Source: Octopus sinensis (Eukaryota). From it: 64,000 nt of DNA. A model generated the notes under the pieces. It saw only the letters and a list, made by a program, of their open reading frames with translations. It did not search any database and was not told the origin of the DNA. Positions 12,596 to 24,993 of this stretch are shown here, piece by piece; positions within the stretch are counted from its first letter, which is position 1, and each line of letters opens with the position of its first letter. Location: positions 55,180,001 through 55,244,000 of the forward strand of contig NC_043009.1 in the NCBI RefSeq assembly GCF_006345805.1. Direction: 5' to 3'. The translations under genes were made by a program, and so were the position numbers.

Positions 12596-13634
12596 TATAT
12601 TTTCAGCATACAAAAAAAAATGATTGAAAATGCTTGAAACATACTTGTGGGAAAAGAGTTGAGAGTTCATTATTATACATGTGCATCAATTAGGATTTCA
12701 ATGCTCTACCTTGCTAGCTTGCCTCATTTGTATAGAAGAGATTACAATATCTAGTCCATATTCACTAAATATTCATTAACTGCTCACTAAGAACTACATT
12801 ATCTTCTCTAAATAAATAGCTGTAAGTGTGAGTTAGTGTGTGAGAATGTGCATGTATGTGATTAATGTACAGAATTTCCTTTATGAATGTTGAGTTGGAG
12901 AAAAAACTGGGACATCCATTAATCAACTTAATGTTGAAGTATGAATATATTTCTTTAAATATTGTGCTTAATTATAACAGAAAGGCAAAGCATTAAGGAC
13001 AGAAGAAGATTAACTGAGCTTTTGGTTTCACTTCTATCTATCTTCAGAGTTCTAGACTTGAGATGATGCTTATTTTAGTGTATTAAGGAATATATGATTG
13101 GTTGCCAAACCCAATTCTTACATACTTATTTTCTAATCATCATCACCATCACAAACACATATAAATAAAGCTTAGTAACTGTTATTTAGGCTAGGTCTTC
13201 CTTGACTGAAGAGAGACTGATGAGCAAAAACACGCTGCCTTTCCTTCCAACAATATATCATGGGCTACATTATGTAAGGTGTACTTTTTATTTAAAGATA
13301 AAAGAGTATAATTAGGGGGGGAGATTTAGCTACTATTTCTAGAATGTCAAATGCCCTTGTTGGTTTTGTAAGTTCAGTAGGTTTTATTAACAGTCCTGTT
13401 TTTTCACATTTCTGATAGAAAACCCATGATGTATTTTAAACCAACACGGATATTTTGCATGTGTGTCACAACAAATATGATCTGTGGGTAAATTACAGGC
13501 CCTAAGTTCATTTATCACGTTTTACTATCCGTAACTAATTTCTTCACCCTTTTGTTTTTTCTAAGGTCCTTTAAAATCAAATTTAAAATGACTGAGTATT
13601 TCCTTTGGCTCCATCTTTTAAATATTCAAATTAA

Positions 13635-13853
13635 CCCTTTAGCATCAGATTACTCTGTCAAATGTAATATTTATTTATTCCCATTGTTTGGAATGAATCA
13701 TACATTATCTCATAGCCTTGAAATTTTAATCATGCGATTGTTTATTTTTAGAATGACATTGTAAGGTAGGCATGAGAGGCGAGATCTGGCTGGTTTGAAC
13801 ATAAAACAATTAAAATATTTGGGCCAGATATGGTTAGTTTAACTGCTAAAGAG
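13635..13853. mobile_element. piggyBac-like MITE (TTAA|CCCTTTAGC..)
   Basis: TTAA then ccctttagca; the far end gctaaagagttgaa is a decayed inverse. Related copies at 32341-32782, 57650-57770 and 59706-59934. Confidence 0.65.
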
Positions 13854-14517
13854 TTGAACTATTCAATGTGCAATTGAAACATGTTCTTAATAACCAAGGT
13901 GAATTTTAAATAACAACAACACTGAACATTTGAATTTTTTGGAAATGTTTTAAATAGCATGAACTGAACTTTGCAATAAAAATTGAAAACTGAACCTTTA
14001 TTGAATATAAATGGTTTCTGAAGTCAATCAGAAGAACAGAAATAGACTTTAAAAATGAATTCTCTCATTCAATATCATGAGAAGTGATATTTGGTGGAGA
14101 AAGGTTTATGGAATATTCTAAAAATATATCAACTTTGAGAAAGAAAAGGAATTAACATGAAAATTAATAACAATATCTTTGAAATTTGATATTAAAAGAA
14201 GGGAAAACTTAAAAGCCAAGCAGGATAACAATAATGAGAATTAAATAATGAAATAATTTACTGTAACAATTTAACAAAATAGTGGTTCATCTTGAAAAAT
14301 ATCAAGTTGAGAAGGATTATCTTCCATTTTTGATGCTATCAAAATCCTAGAGAAAACAAAAAAAAAAAGAATAGAATAGGAGTAATAAATTAGTGTGCAT
14401 ACATTAACGACAGAAGAATTAATGATTAACCTTTTTGTTAACTTCTTTCTGTTGAAATACAGTTAATTTGTTACAGTTAATTTTGAAAACAATAAAAGAA
14501 TTAGTGAAGTAACTTTC

Positions 14518-14868
14518 ATCATCATCATCATTTAACATCCTCTTTCCATGCTAGCATGGGTTGGACAATTTGACTGAGGTCTGGCGAACCAGATGGCTGC
14601 ACCAGACTCCAATCTGATTTGGCAGAGTTTCTACAGCTGGATGCCCTTCCTAATGCCAACCACTCCGGGTGTAGTGGGTGCTTTTACATGCCACTAGCAC
14701 AAGGGCCAGTCAGGCGGTACTGGCAACAGCCATGCTCAAATGGTGCTTTTTATGTGCCAGCTGCACAGGAGCCAGTCCAGCAGCACTGGCAATGACCTCA
14801 CTCGAATCTTTTTTCATGTGCCACCAGCACAAGTGCCAGTAAGGCAACGCAGGTAACAATCACACTCG
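14518..14868 (-). mobile_element. RTE 3' UTR copy inserted inside an AT-rich MITE (14429-15017)
   Basis: catcatcatcatttaacatcctctttccatgctagcatggg.. is the reverse of the RTE tail; the flanks ttaacctttttg.. and ..aaaaaggtttaa form the host MITE. Confidence 0.8.
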
Positions 14869-15248
14869 TTGTTATTAAAGCTGATGTCAAGAACTTAAAT
14901 TAATATGAAATTTGGATTGAAAGTTTTATTTAGAATCTTAATTTTAGATCATTTTAAAATGAGAAGCATGTATCATAGAACTAGGCACAGTTTCAGGTAG
15001 ATTAGCATAAAAAGGTTTAAACTTCTTGAAACAGCGCAATTCAAATTTATGTAACAAGTACTCCTGCTTGGATAGATGCAATATGAATATTAATATCCCT
15101 CCTCAGCATGATTTCACTTCATTATGAGTTAAAGCAGAGACAACATCTTCCTTGGTGCTGGAAATCATTTGAGGGGCAAAGCAAGAGTGTTTAGTGTAGC
15201 AGGTAATAATGCATCTATATTCAAAGTACTGACTGATCCAACAGATTG

Positions 15249-15298
15249 CTTACTTGCACTTTGTCAACTGCAGACATTTGCAAATAAGAGAGAGAGAG

Positions 15299-15349
<51 letters not shown>

Positions 15350-15492
15350 ATAAATGAAAGAATGGAGTCGAACAACGATTTAACAAAATTGGCATGTAGC
15401 TTCAACCGTGTTTTCTGACATGAATTTGCTACCCGGGTATCGGTTAACCGAATTATCCATACTAGGATAATTCATTCAACTACTTAATTATT

Positions 15493-15560
<68 letters not shown>

Positions 15561-16590
15561 TAAATTTGTGGGAAAAAGGTTAAAACAAAATCAGGGTTGG
15601 GTAGTCATCTGAGGTAAAGTTGGAAATGCTGAAGCATTTATCTGCAACGAGAGAGTGTACATAGGTATGTGGAAATGCTTAAGTCTAAAAAACTGATCCA
15701 AAAGTGTTAACATTGTTTTGTTTTGTTTTTAATTCATTTTATAAAATAACTGATTTGACATGACATATAGTAACAATAATACAAAGATAAAAACATGTAT
15801 AAAATGCAAATATTCCAGAATATATAAAATATTCAGTTTGCAGCTTCAATTATGAAATCATGGCTGTTCACTGATAAAGCTAACCTTTTCAAACTAATTA
15901 AACTAATATAATCCACATATTTACAGGCGTTTTTACTAGAATATGGAAAAATATCAAAAAAGCTAATTGTAAATTTACTTTTTGTTTTAGTACTATTTTT
16001 GCCACACATTCAACCTCCGCCCATCCCCCAATAAACTAGAGGAAAGAGAGAAACACCATTAAATATAATATTCTAGGTACTTGGAGACTACTTTCTTGTG
16101 AGGAATACAGATTGTAACATCAACATGCAAATCTAATTAACAGCAGAAAGGGTTTGAGCAATTTACTTGAAGTAGAATTCCAATTATCAATATGCCTGAG
16201 GCTGTTCTACTCTTTCTCGTTGTGCACCGGCAACGAAAATAGACATTCATACCCTGTCATTCATTCTGTCTTTTTATGTTGCATTCTTCCCAATTACAGA
16301 GATGTCTGCTAGAATTGTCCGTTAATTTGGTGGTTGATATCTGTAACATTTGGTTATTACATTAAACTTTGTATGAACCAAAGTATAATACTCAAATCTA
16401 GATAAGTTACTTGCACTTTGTCAACAGCATACATTTGCAAATTAGAGAGAGAGAGAGAGAGTGTGTGTGTGTAAATTATGTACTAAATTTGTGGGAAAAA
16501 AATTAGAACAAAATCAGGGTTAAGTAGTCATCTGAGATAAAGTTAGAAATTCTGAAACATTTATCTGCAATGAGAGGGTGTACATAGGTA
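15249..16590. repeat. Local direct duplication: 15249-15668 vs 16407-16590
   Basis: Both read tacttgcactttgtcaac..catttgcaaat..(GA)n(GT)n..tactaaatttgtgggaaaaa..atcagggtt..gtagtcatctgag..tttatctgcaa..gtgtacataggtat; the first copy has an extra insert of about 200 bp. Confidence 0.85.
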
Positions 16591-17455
16591 TATCACACAG
16601 ACACACACACACACAATTCCCATCAGCATCATTTTACATCTGCTTTCCATGCTGGCATGGGTTGGATGGGCTATCATGGTCTGAGTCCTTTCTTATAGGG
16701 ACCTACTACTCTCATAGTTTGATGCTCTTGAACATGGTTTTGATAGCTTGATGTCCTTCCTATCAGCAACCACTTTACAAAATGTACTCAGGGCATTTTC
16801 TCATGGCACCAACACCAAAGAGGCTTAAAAGTTCTTGGTAAGACAAGACTAAAAGGAACTCACAACCCTACACTTTCTGTGCCATCCACTTTACAGAGTT
16901 TATTGGATATATTTTTGTGGCAGCAGCACTGAGGGAGTTGTCAAGTCCTTGGTGAAACAGAAGTAATGAACACCTTTGCTTGGCCACCTCCAGTCAATCT
17001 AGAGAGTGTGCATGGGGGCTGGCTTTCCATCGTGGCATCAACTACAATGAGGGTACCTTGTACACTGTGAAGTATAATCAATAATCTATACACACACATT
17101 TGTGTGAGTGCACATGTGCATATATATACACCATTTCTTACTCTGATAAAATAGAACTGACAATGATATGTACAAAATAACTTGTAAACAGACAAAACAA
17201 CAGAACCTGAAAGTGACTAACAATGACCAATGTCAAGAGGATCAAGATCAATCAAGATGTCTATAACAGGCCTAAATGTTAATGGGTTCAATAAGATAGG
17301 AAAAATAATAAACAAACCTTGAACACTTAGGAACTTGTCATTAACTAAATTTCAAACAGTTGCAGTGAAATAATATCAGGAATCAGGTTGCAGTAGTGCA
17401 GTAGTTTGGCACCTCACAAAATAAAAGTAATTTAACAATTTCTGTATGACTCTCC

Positions 17456-17513
<58 letters not shown>

Positions 17514-17863
17514 AACCCAGGACATGTTCACATTATTTACAATTGACAGATATTTGTCCTCATCTTGTTTGCTGTCAAAATATCCATCAATTGTAAATAA
17601 TGTACATAATTCCTCATCTCTTAAATATAGAACTGTACCAGGACTTATTGTTTGTAAGCCTAGTACTTATTCTATCAGTCTCTTTTGCCAAACTGCTAAA
17701 TTATGGGGACATAAACACACCAGCATTGGTTGTCAAGTGATATGGTGGGAGACAAACACAGACACTTGCTCAAGGTGCCATGCAATGGGACTGAACCCGG
17801 AATCATGTGGTTGAGAAGATTGCTCTGGGCTCACATTAGGCAAGAAGTTGAAAGTTTTTTGGT

Positions 17864-17982
17864 CCATGACACTCCGTGGACCCTAAGTAAGGCATGTGTA
17901 AAATTTAAATGAAATCGATTGTGTAGTTTTTGAGTTTTAAGGATTTACAGACAGACAGACAGACATTCTCATCTTTATAGAT
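17864..17982 (-). mobile_element. 5' fragment of a non-autonomous Helitron-like element
   Basis: Minus strand atctataaagatgagaatgtctgtctgtctgtctg..; same 5' architecture (TC start, TA-rich, (GTCT)n) as the full copies. Confidence 0.55.
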
Positions 17983-18559
17983 ATCTATACCAACATATAT
18001 ATATATATATACACAGCATGTCAAGGCTTGCCTCTCTGTCCATGCAAAGAATGGATCTAGTGGACTGTGCAGAAGAAACCTTCATGGTTCAATGGAAATG
18101 AAGGCAGCTACAGCAATGTAGAATGCAGAGAGCAAGGTGAGGCAAGTAAGACATCGTGATCATTCACTCATCCATCTCCATCCTCAGTCATCTTGACTTG
18201 GTCCTGCCACTGGATTGAAGATGGTCACGGACGAGGGATTGAGGTTGATGGTGCACAACTCTTCTTCACTTTAAATTCAGTCACTATGTATGTCATCAGT
18301 CATCCTTAAGAATGGCTAGCTGGCCCTTGTTGCTCCGACAGATGAACATATATAAAATACATTCATACAAATATGCAATCATATGTGCATTGCATTTTTA
18401 TGTACATATATGTGTGTAAATGTGTATAGGGAAGCCTAACAGCAACTTCAGGTAAAGCAATGTGGCCTATTAGTACCTGTGTATGTCTATGCATACAACA
18501 AGGGTTAACATTATTTACAATGGACAGATACAACAAGGGTTAACATTACTACAATGGAC

Positions 18560-18604
18560 CACAATGTTTCAGCTGATGTACTCTCCAGCCTTCATCAGGT
18601 GTTC
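18560..18604 (-). ncRNA. Hammerhead-ribozyme-like motif (type I, slightly decayed)
   Basis: Minus strand gaacac CTGATGA a ggctg gagagtacat cagct GAAA c att gtg: core boxes, stem II ggctg/cagct, stem I cac/gtg. Confidence 0.6.
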
Positions 18605-18812
18605 TGGTGGAATTTCGAACCCAAACCTTTATTTGATTAATGGGGTACTCTGTTCTCATTCCTAAAGTTTTTTTTTATTTACTGGTGTTATTTTTTGTTG
18701 ATATCATTTCTCAAGTCCCTGCCTGGGATTGAACTCAGGAAAAAAAATACCTTAGGAATGAGAACAGAGTACCCCATTAGTCAAATAAAGGGTTGGGTTC
18801 AAAATTCCACCA

Positions 18813-18856
18813 GGACACCTGATGACGGCTGGAGAGTACATCAGCTGAAACATGGC
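18813..18856 (+). ncRNA. Hammerhead-ribozyme-like motif (core intact, cleavage side decayed)
   Basis: ggacac CTGATGA c ggctg gagagtacat cagct GAAA catggc; CTGATGA at 18819-18825, GAAA at 18847-18850. Confidence 0.5.
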
Positions 18857-20204
18857 AACAAAAAACAAGGTAAGGACACCTATCCATCCATTGTAAATAA
18901 TGTATATAATTTCTCATAGTAAAAATATAGAATAATAAAAACAAGGTTTAACATTTGAGTTTTCTACTATCTAATTCAATAAGAAACCAATTTGTCTCAA
19001 ATTATGCCAAATTAACTTTCAGCATTATTTATGTATTCCCTGCCATCCAACAATATTAATAATGACAAAATCATACATGAACCTTCCCATGTTGAATATA
19101 ATGACTTAACAGAGATGATTCTCCTCTACCCAAGTCTTTATGCAAACTGATGTGTTCACTACAAGATACCCAAGTGATTAACAAGTTATACTACAGGCAA
19201 TTTTAAGCATTTCATTACACTAAATTGCAGTAAAATTATCCAAGTTCCCATCAGGGTTCGGGTATGTATGGTGTGTAATGTAGATATAATGGAAAACAGA
19301 TGTTAATATGATTATGAGGGTGACGATAAAGTTTACCAATCCTATAAAGGCTTCACAGTTGTAGTAGCTTGACTTTGCTACTCAGAATCAAAAAACTATC
19401 ATATTTGCCAGATATATGAATGTAAATCCATTTATTCTGGCTAGTTTCACCTAGAGTGTCTTATGTATCTTAGCCCTCACTGGGATGCTAGCATAATGTG
19501 TTACTGCTTTTGTTGCTGTGGTTGATATTTAATGAATTAAGGGGTTTAGTACCAGTGTCCTCAAAAGTAGATGTTGATGTGAAGTAAGCTCATCTAGGAT
19601 CTTACACAGTAGAATGTCCAAGTGTGGTTTGAATACCATATTCACTAGTGTATAAGACACACTCTGACATAAAACAAACCCCCACTTTTTTTGTGGAAAA
19701 CAAGTTTATTTTGCAGAAAAAATAAGTTGGATATATTTTATTATACACTTGTACACTTGTTACCCAAATTGTAATATGGTTATGAGAAAAAGCACATCTT
19801 ACACACTGTCACATATGGTATATCAATATTTTCCATGTACATACATATGTATTTTTAGATGGATACCGAAAAGCTATACTCTTCTGAACACAAGCTAGAA
19901 GAACCAATAGCATATGTGTATAAAACTATGTTTATGGTTGATAGATTTTCATCTTGCACGGGAGAAGAATCCTTACCATTTGGATCACTAAGAATTTGCT
20001 GGCCCAGACATGTGTAAAGCATTAAGACAAAAGATTATTATTTATTGACTAAAGGTAATAAAGAAATGAAGATGCTAAATAGGATAATAATTCTTATATA
20101 TACACACAAATGAGAGTAAGTGAGCTTGTATGCCATACAAGAATATTAACAATATACAAAGGAAATGTATAAATTGCGTTTTAAATGAATGCCTATTGTC
20201 TTAC

Positions 20205-20290
20205 CTTGATTTATTTGATTTTCTTTTTTCAGGAGTCACTTCATCAAACATGCTTTCAAAAGGATAATCTTTAGGTACATTTTCAAACTT
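20205..20290 (-). CDS. HMG-box protein, coding exon 4
   Basis: Acceptor ..ctaattaatag|20290, donor 20205|gtaaga; phase 0 in, phase 2 out; KFENVPKDYPFESMFDEVTPEKRKSNKS. Confidence 0.7.
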
Positions 20291-21699
20291 CTATTAATTA
20301 GATATATGAAAAAAGTGTGGAAAGGTATGTGATTGTTAAATCTATTGGAAATTTAAAAGTTTATATTAAGTTTGTATTCATAAATATAACCCACTGGACC
20401 AATTCTTTTATGTTCTCTTTCCTGTAACTGGAAGGTATACCCTTACAACTTCTCACCATCTTTTCTTCCTTTCCAATAAAGCCATGTATATCCTGTACAG
20501 CAAGACACTTGTTTCTATTCTTCTATCTATTAACCTCACATAAAGCCACCTCTCCCAATACTACCATCTCCACTCAGTTGAGGGATTTTGTCATGTGAAT
20601 AATATTGTAAACTTACTAGTACAAGTGCCACATAAAAAGTACCCAGTACACTCTGTGAAGTAGTTGGGGCTAGAGGGCACATCTAACCATAGAAACCATA
20701 CCAAAACAAACATTGGAGCTTGGCACAGTCCTCTAACTCATCAGTTTTCATCAAACCATTCAACCCATATAGCTACTTTAATAATGAAGAATGATGACAA
20801 AATGATGTTCTATCAGGCATGGGCTAGATGGTTTGACAGAAACCAGCAAGTTGGTGAATGCTGTCTTGTACTAATGTCTCAATTTTGGCATAGTTTCTAT
20901 AGTTGGATGCCCTTCATAATGCCAATCACTTTGCAGAGTGTGTTTGGTAATCTTTTCATAATACCACCACCCTAGTGGTATTGCTTTGTAAGACTGAAGA
21001 GCTCTCAAATTAAAGAGAATCAGAAAAGGAATGGTGACTTAGGCGAAGTATGATAAGAAGAACAGATTTACTGTTGAAAAAGGTTGTTAGTGGAGAAACG
21101 AAGTGTTAGGGAAGGGAGTAATTGAAAACAAAAAGAGCAGTATCAAGAGTTAGTGAGAGTAAGTCAGAAAAAAATCAGGACAGTAGGGTGGGCTGTAAAA
21201 GGAGATTTAGAGCTAACCCATGATATATATGAATGAAGATAGATGGAATAGTGCTAGAAAAAGAAATAAAGATGATCATACTGAGAAGCCAAAGTTTATC
21301 CTCAAACTAACATATCCAAGTAGGCAGATAGGAGAGAGCCTAGTGGCATAAGGATCAGGAAGGGAGAATAAAAGTTGCAAGAATGTGGGAGGAGGAGAGA
21401 GAGATGATGGGAGAGGCAATAGTCAGAAATAAGGGTGAAAGCAGCCAGTCATGAGTGGGGGTACAATGGTAAGAATGTAGGATGAAGTACATGATATATG
21501 ATTTTGGATATGCAGTGTTGATTCGAGAAGCAGATGAAAGTTAGCTGAAAAAAATCCCATTAATTATAGACTGGTTGTTTTATACAAGTAAATCTTAAGA
21601 GATGGTTTATGCATGAAAGATGCAAAAGATGGGATATAAAAGAGATGATGCTAGAATAAACAGGAAATATAAATGGTTTATTACTGACTAGATGATATA

Positions 21700-22500
21700 T
21701 AGGATAGATACAGAGAAAAGACTTGAAACAGTGACGCAGAAATGGTTCTCAGCACCAAGGAATAGAGACACTTCTAGTAACCTATCTTGCCCTTAATTTG
21801 AGGTTGATCACTAGAATGCTTGGTACATTCTTCATAGAGGAAAAAATTAGTGTTCATGACCAGTTGCCTATATCAGTTACTACTTACTTAATGACAGTGA
21901 AGTCTATCTTATGTGTGTGATCCCCTGATTACTAGGTGATTAGACTGCCAGTAGATTTCTTGAGTAAATAGTTATGAAGCTAGAAATTGTCAGGCCATTT
22001 GCATCATAAAAGTCCAAGAGCTTTTATTCTTCTTTATTCCTGATACCATATCCATAGTCTTCATGTACATCAGGGCATTAATCAACAAGTCCATTAAGTC
22101 ATCAGCCATGATAGCTAAGTCATTAACAAGGTAGTCTGCAAAAGGATTATCGGTTCTATCCTTGCTGGAGTGCACATGAAGAGATCACAGTTGCTGTTGT
22201 GTGACCTTTAAGTGAAGCTTAATTATTGTTTCATACACTGATTGCCTCAATTTCTTTATTGATTTCTCTGCAACAATTTACTCATTCCATTCACCCCAGT
22301 GCTATTACCTACTATAATGAACTTCTATCTGTATTTCTTGCTCACAAGGAGTCTGATTCAAGGCTCCTTTCCACCTTACCTCTTGTACACAGTATACGTT
22401 TCTCCACCTCCACCCTTGCAACTCTAAATCTCTCCACATCTACATTTCATCATTTTGGCAGCCTTCAAATTTTAAACTTGAAGAGAAAAGTTTCTGCTGG
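21700..22500 (-). mobile_element. Heavily decayed non-LTR retrotransposon RT remnant
   Basis: DYLVNDLAIMADDLMDLLINALMYMKTMDMVSGIKKNKS resembles the HLAYADDL..GL-IN--KS RT motif; surrounding frames are broken. Confidence 0.45.
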
Positions 22501-23125
22501 TAGGTGGATTATCAGTTATCTTTATTCTGCATCCAAAAGGAAGACAGTTTTTATGATCACACTGAATGTAATCGTTAGATGATGATTACTGGGTTCTCAT
22601 ACATGGCCAAATGTTTTTACCTGACCACTGTACAACCATGTGCAGCACAAACATTATATTAGTCCTGTATATGCAATTGACTTCCATTGTACTTTTGATT
22701 AAGAATTTGACAGGATATTTTTAAAGAGGTGAGCTAGATACCCTTTCTGTCACTAACCACTTTACTACATGAACTTGGTGTATTTTATTGTGTCACCAAC
22801 ACTAGAGTGGTCTCTTAGAACTGAAGCATTCTCCCACCCATCTACACTGTGTCAGCTTTCATTCCATTTTGTTGCTCCCCTAGATGGGTTGCCTTTGCAA
22901 TAACTTAGATTCCATGTCTCCTTTGTGTGGTTATAACAATGCGCTTTTCATTACATTAGGTTTGTTCAAATTGCCTCATTTCCAAGACAAGTTACTTCCT
23001 TTATAGCCATGAAACCATTTCTTTCCACATCCTCATAAAAAGATACATAATTGCTACATAATAAGAGAATTATTGACAGAAGTTATTTCTCATACCAATT
23101 TATGCAAATATCATTAAAAACTTAC

Positions 23126-23266
23126 TGGGTTACATTTGTAAATGGAATGAGATTTAGCATCACCACCAGCTGAAATTTTGTCATTAATATAGAGTATTGC
23201 TTTTGAATCCATTTTCTCATTCTCTTCTACATGTTCTTCATAACTGTCAGAATCTGGGTCAGAGAG
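23126..23266 (-). CDS. HMG-box protein, coding exon 3
   Basis: Acceptor ..tattttacttttcag|23266, donor 23126|gtaagt; 141 nt, phase 0-0; LSDPDSDSYEEHVEENEKMDSKAILYINDKISAGGDAKSHSIYKCNP. Confidence 0.85.
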
Positions 23267-24993
23267 CTGAAAAGTAAAATAGGTAAATATCAACAAATTT
23301 CCTGACTTTCATGACTTCAACTTTTTCTTTTTTATATGAAAATGAAATAGAATGGAGATATTACCCAGTAGAAGCCGATATATTGAATTAAAGAAAGACT
23401 GAATAATAATTTAGCAGTTATCTCACTTGTGTTTTCAATAAGATATTATTTTTAAAAAGGTGAAGTTCATAAAAATATGTTCTCACTAGAATTAGCTATT
23501 GATTAACAATATACCAGTTGGAATTCAGCAGAAGAAACTGTTCAGTTTTAAAAGAAATCCTTGGTGTTATTAAAATAAAATTAAAATTCTCTCTGAAATA
23601 TGTCAGTCATATTTATTTCCGGTTAACATTAAATATGTGCAGATAATGACTATTCATTATTTAAATTATAAACATTTATATTTTCCCATACCAACAAATG
23701 CATAATATCATACATTTACAAAAATATTGCACTGAAGATATACTTCAATGATGAGGTCAGAATAAGATCAAAATATGTCCATAGTTGTCTAACATACTTT
23801 CTATTTGCCACTGACTAATTTTTTTTTTCTTATTTTTTGCATTTTTTCTGCATATTTTTTTCTAGTTAGTTTTTTTTTAATATTCTATGTTAACACTAAT
23901 TTAATTATGAAAATGTTTAATAGTAACAGTCAAGTAAGTGGATATTGACTACATTGAAATTTAATCCAGAGTGGAGAAAACAAACACCTCTTTGTCCTTT
24001 CTCTTAGTTTCAGTGCTCACCGCGAACAAGTAAAAGTATAACATTTAGCTTAGCAACTACACTAAAGACGTATACTATGATTGAAATTTCAGCATAGAAT
24101 TCAACATCTTATGACCAATAAATGTACAAATTGTTGTCAGGAAAAATGAAAAGTTAACTAAACTGGTCTTGATTATAGCTGCTATAAAAACAAACCATCA
24201 TGATTGTATACAGGATTATATGAGACTAACATTTGAAATTCATCCTCTTTTGAAAGAGTCTTGCACATGAATTTCAATTGTTTCCATCTTACCAAAAACA
24301 GCTTTATATTCATAATAATAATGCAATTATATTTTCAAACAATGTTAAACCATTGGAGTTTAGACAACATCTTCAATATATTATAGTTTATGATTTCTTA
24401 AGTTCAGTCTGCTATCAATGCAATCACAGTAAATCTCTCTCACTGCTGAATTTTGAATAATACATCAGTTGTTTGTATTTTGGAATCCAGTAATTATATT
24501 CTCAAATTTTAGTAAAATAGGAATTGTACAGTAAAATTGTTAGATGTTTTGATAAAGTTACTATGCTAAATTGACATAAATTCCTTAAATACAGAGCTCT
24601 AACAATTAAGATAAACAGTTACTGTCTATATTATATTTAATTTTGTCTCCTTCACCCACAGAGATACCTTATCTACAGTCAATAATAGTTTACTAGCAAG
24701 CTGGCAGAATCATTAGCATGTCAGGCAAAATGCTTAGTGGAATTTCATCTGTCTTTACATTCTGAGTTCAAATTCCACTAAGGCCGACTTTGCGTTCATC
24801 CTTTCAAACCTCATACAATAACCCTCTCAACTAATATAGCATGGAATAGTTTTAATAATAATTTTTTAATGTTTCGAATTTAGGCATAAGGCCAGTAGTC
24901 TTGATTATATTAACCCCAGTTTATGAGTAATAATATATTTTGTTAGTAAAGCATATTAACAGGTAACTAAATATCACTGTCAACAATTCTTAC

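Larger units (their letters stand above)
18500..18920. mobile_element. Inverted pair of Penelope-like pLTR fragments
   Basis: Arms 18564-18665 and 18752-18853 are reverse complements (about 100 bp, few mismatches); both match the pLTR that follows the GIY-YIG ORF at 42765-43530. Confidence 0.8.

Noticed and set aside
16941-17064. Phase-2 frame VQGTLIVVDATMESQPP..SPRT* as terminal exon of the HMG gene
   Set aside because: It is phase-compatible but runs into repeat-like sequence at 16620-16940, and competing candidates exist (19978-20004, 8806-8943, 2590-2801). It cannot be resolved without transcripts.
18015-18345. Segment resembling a retroelement UTR
   Set aside because: Single copy in the window and no ORF; the family could not be assigned from memory.
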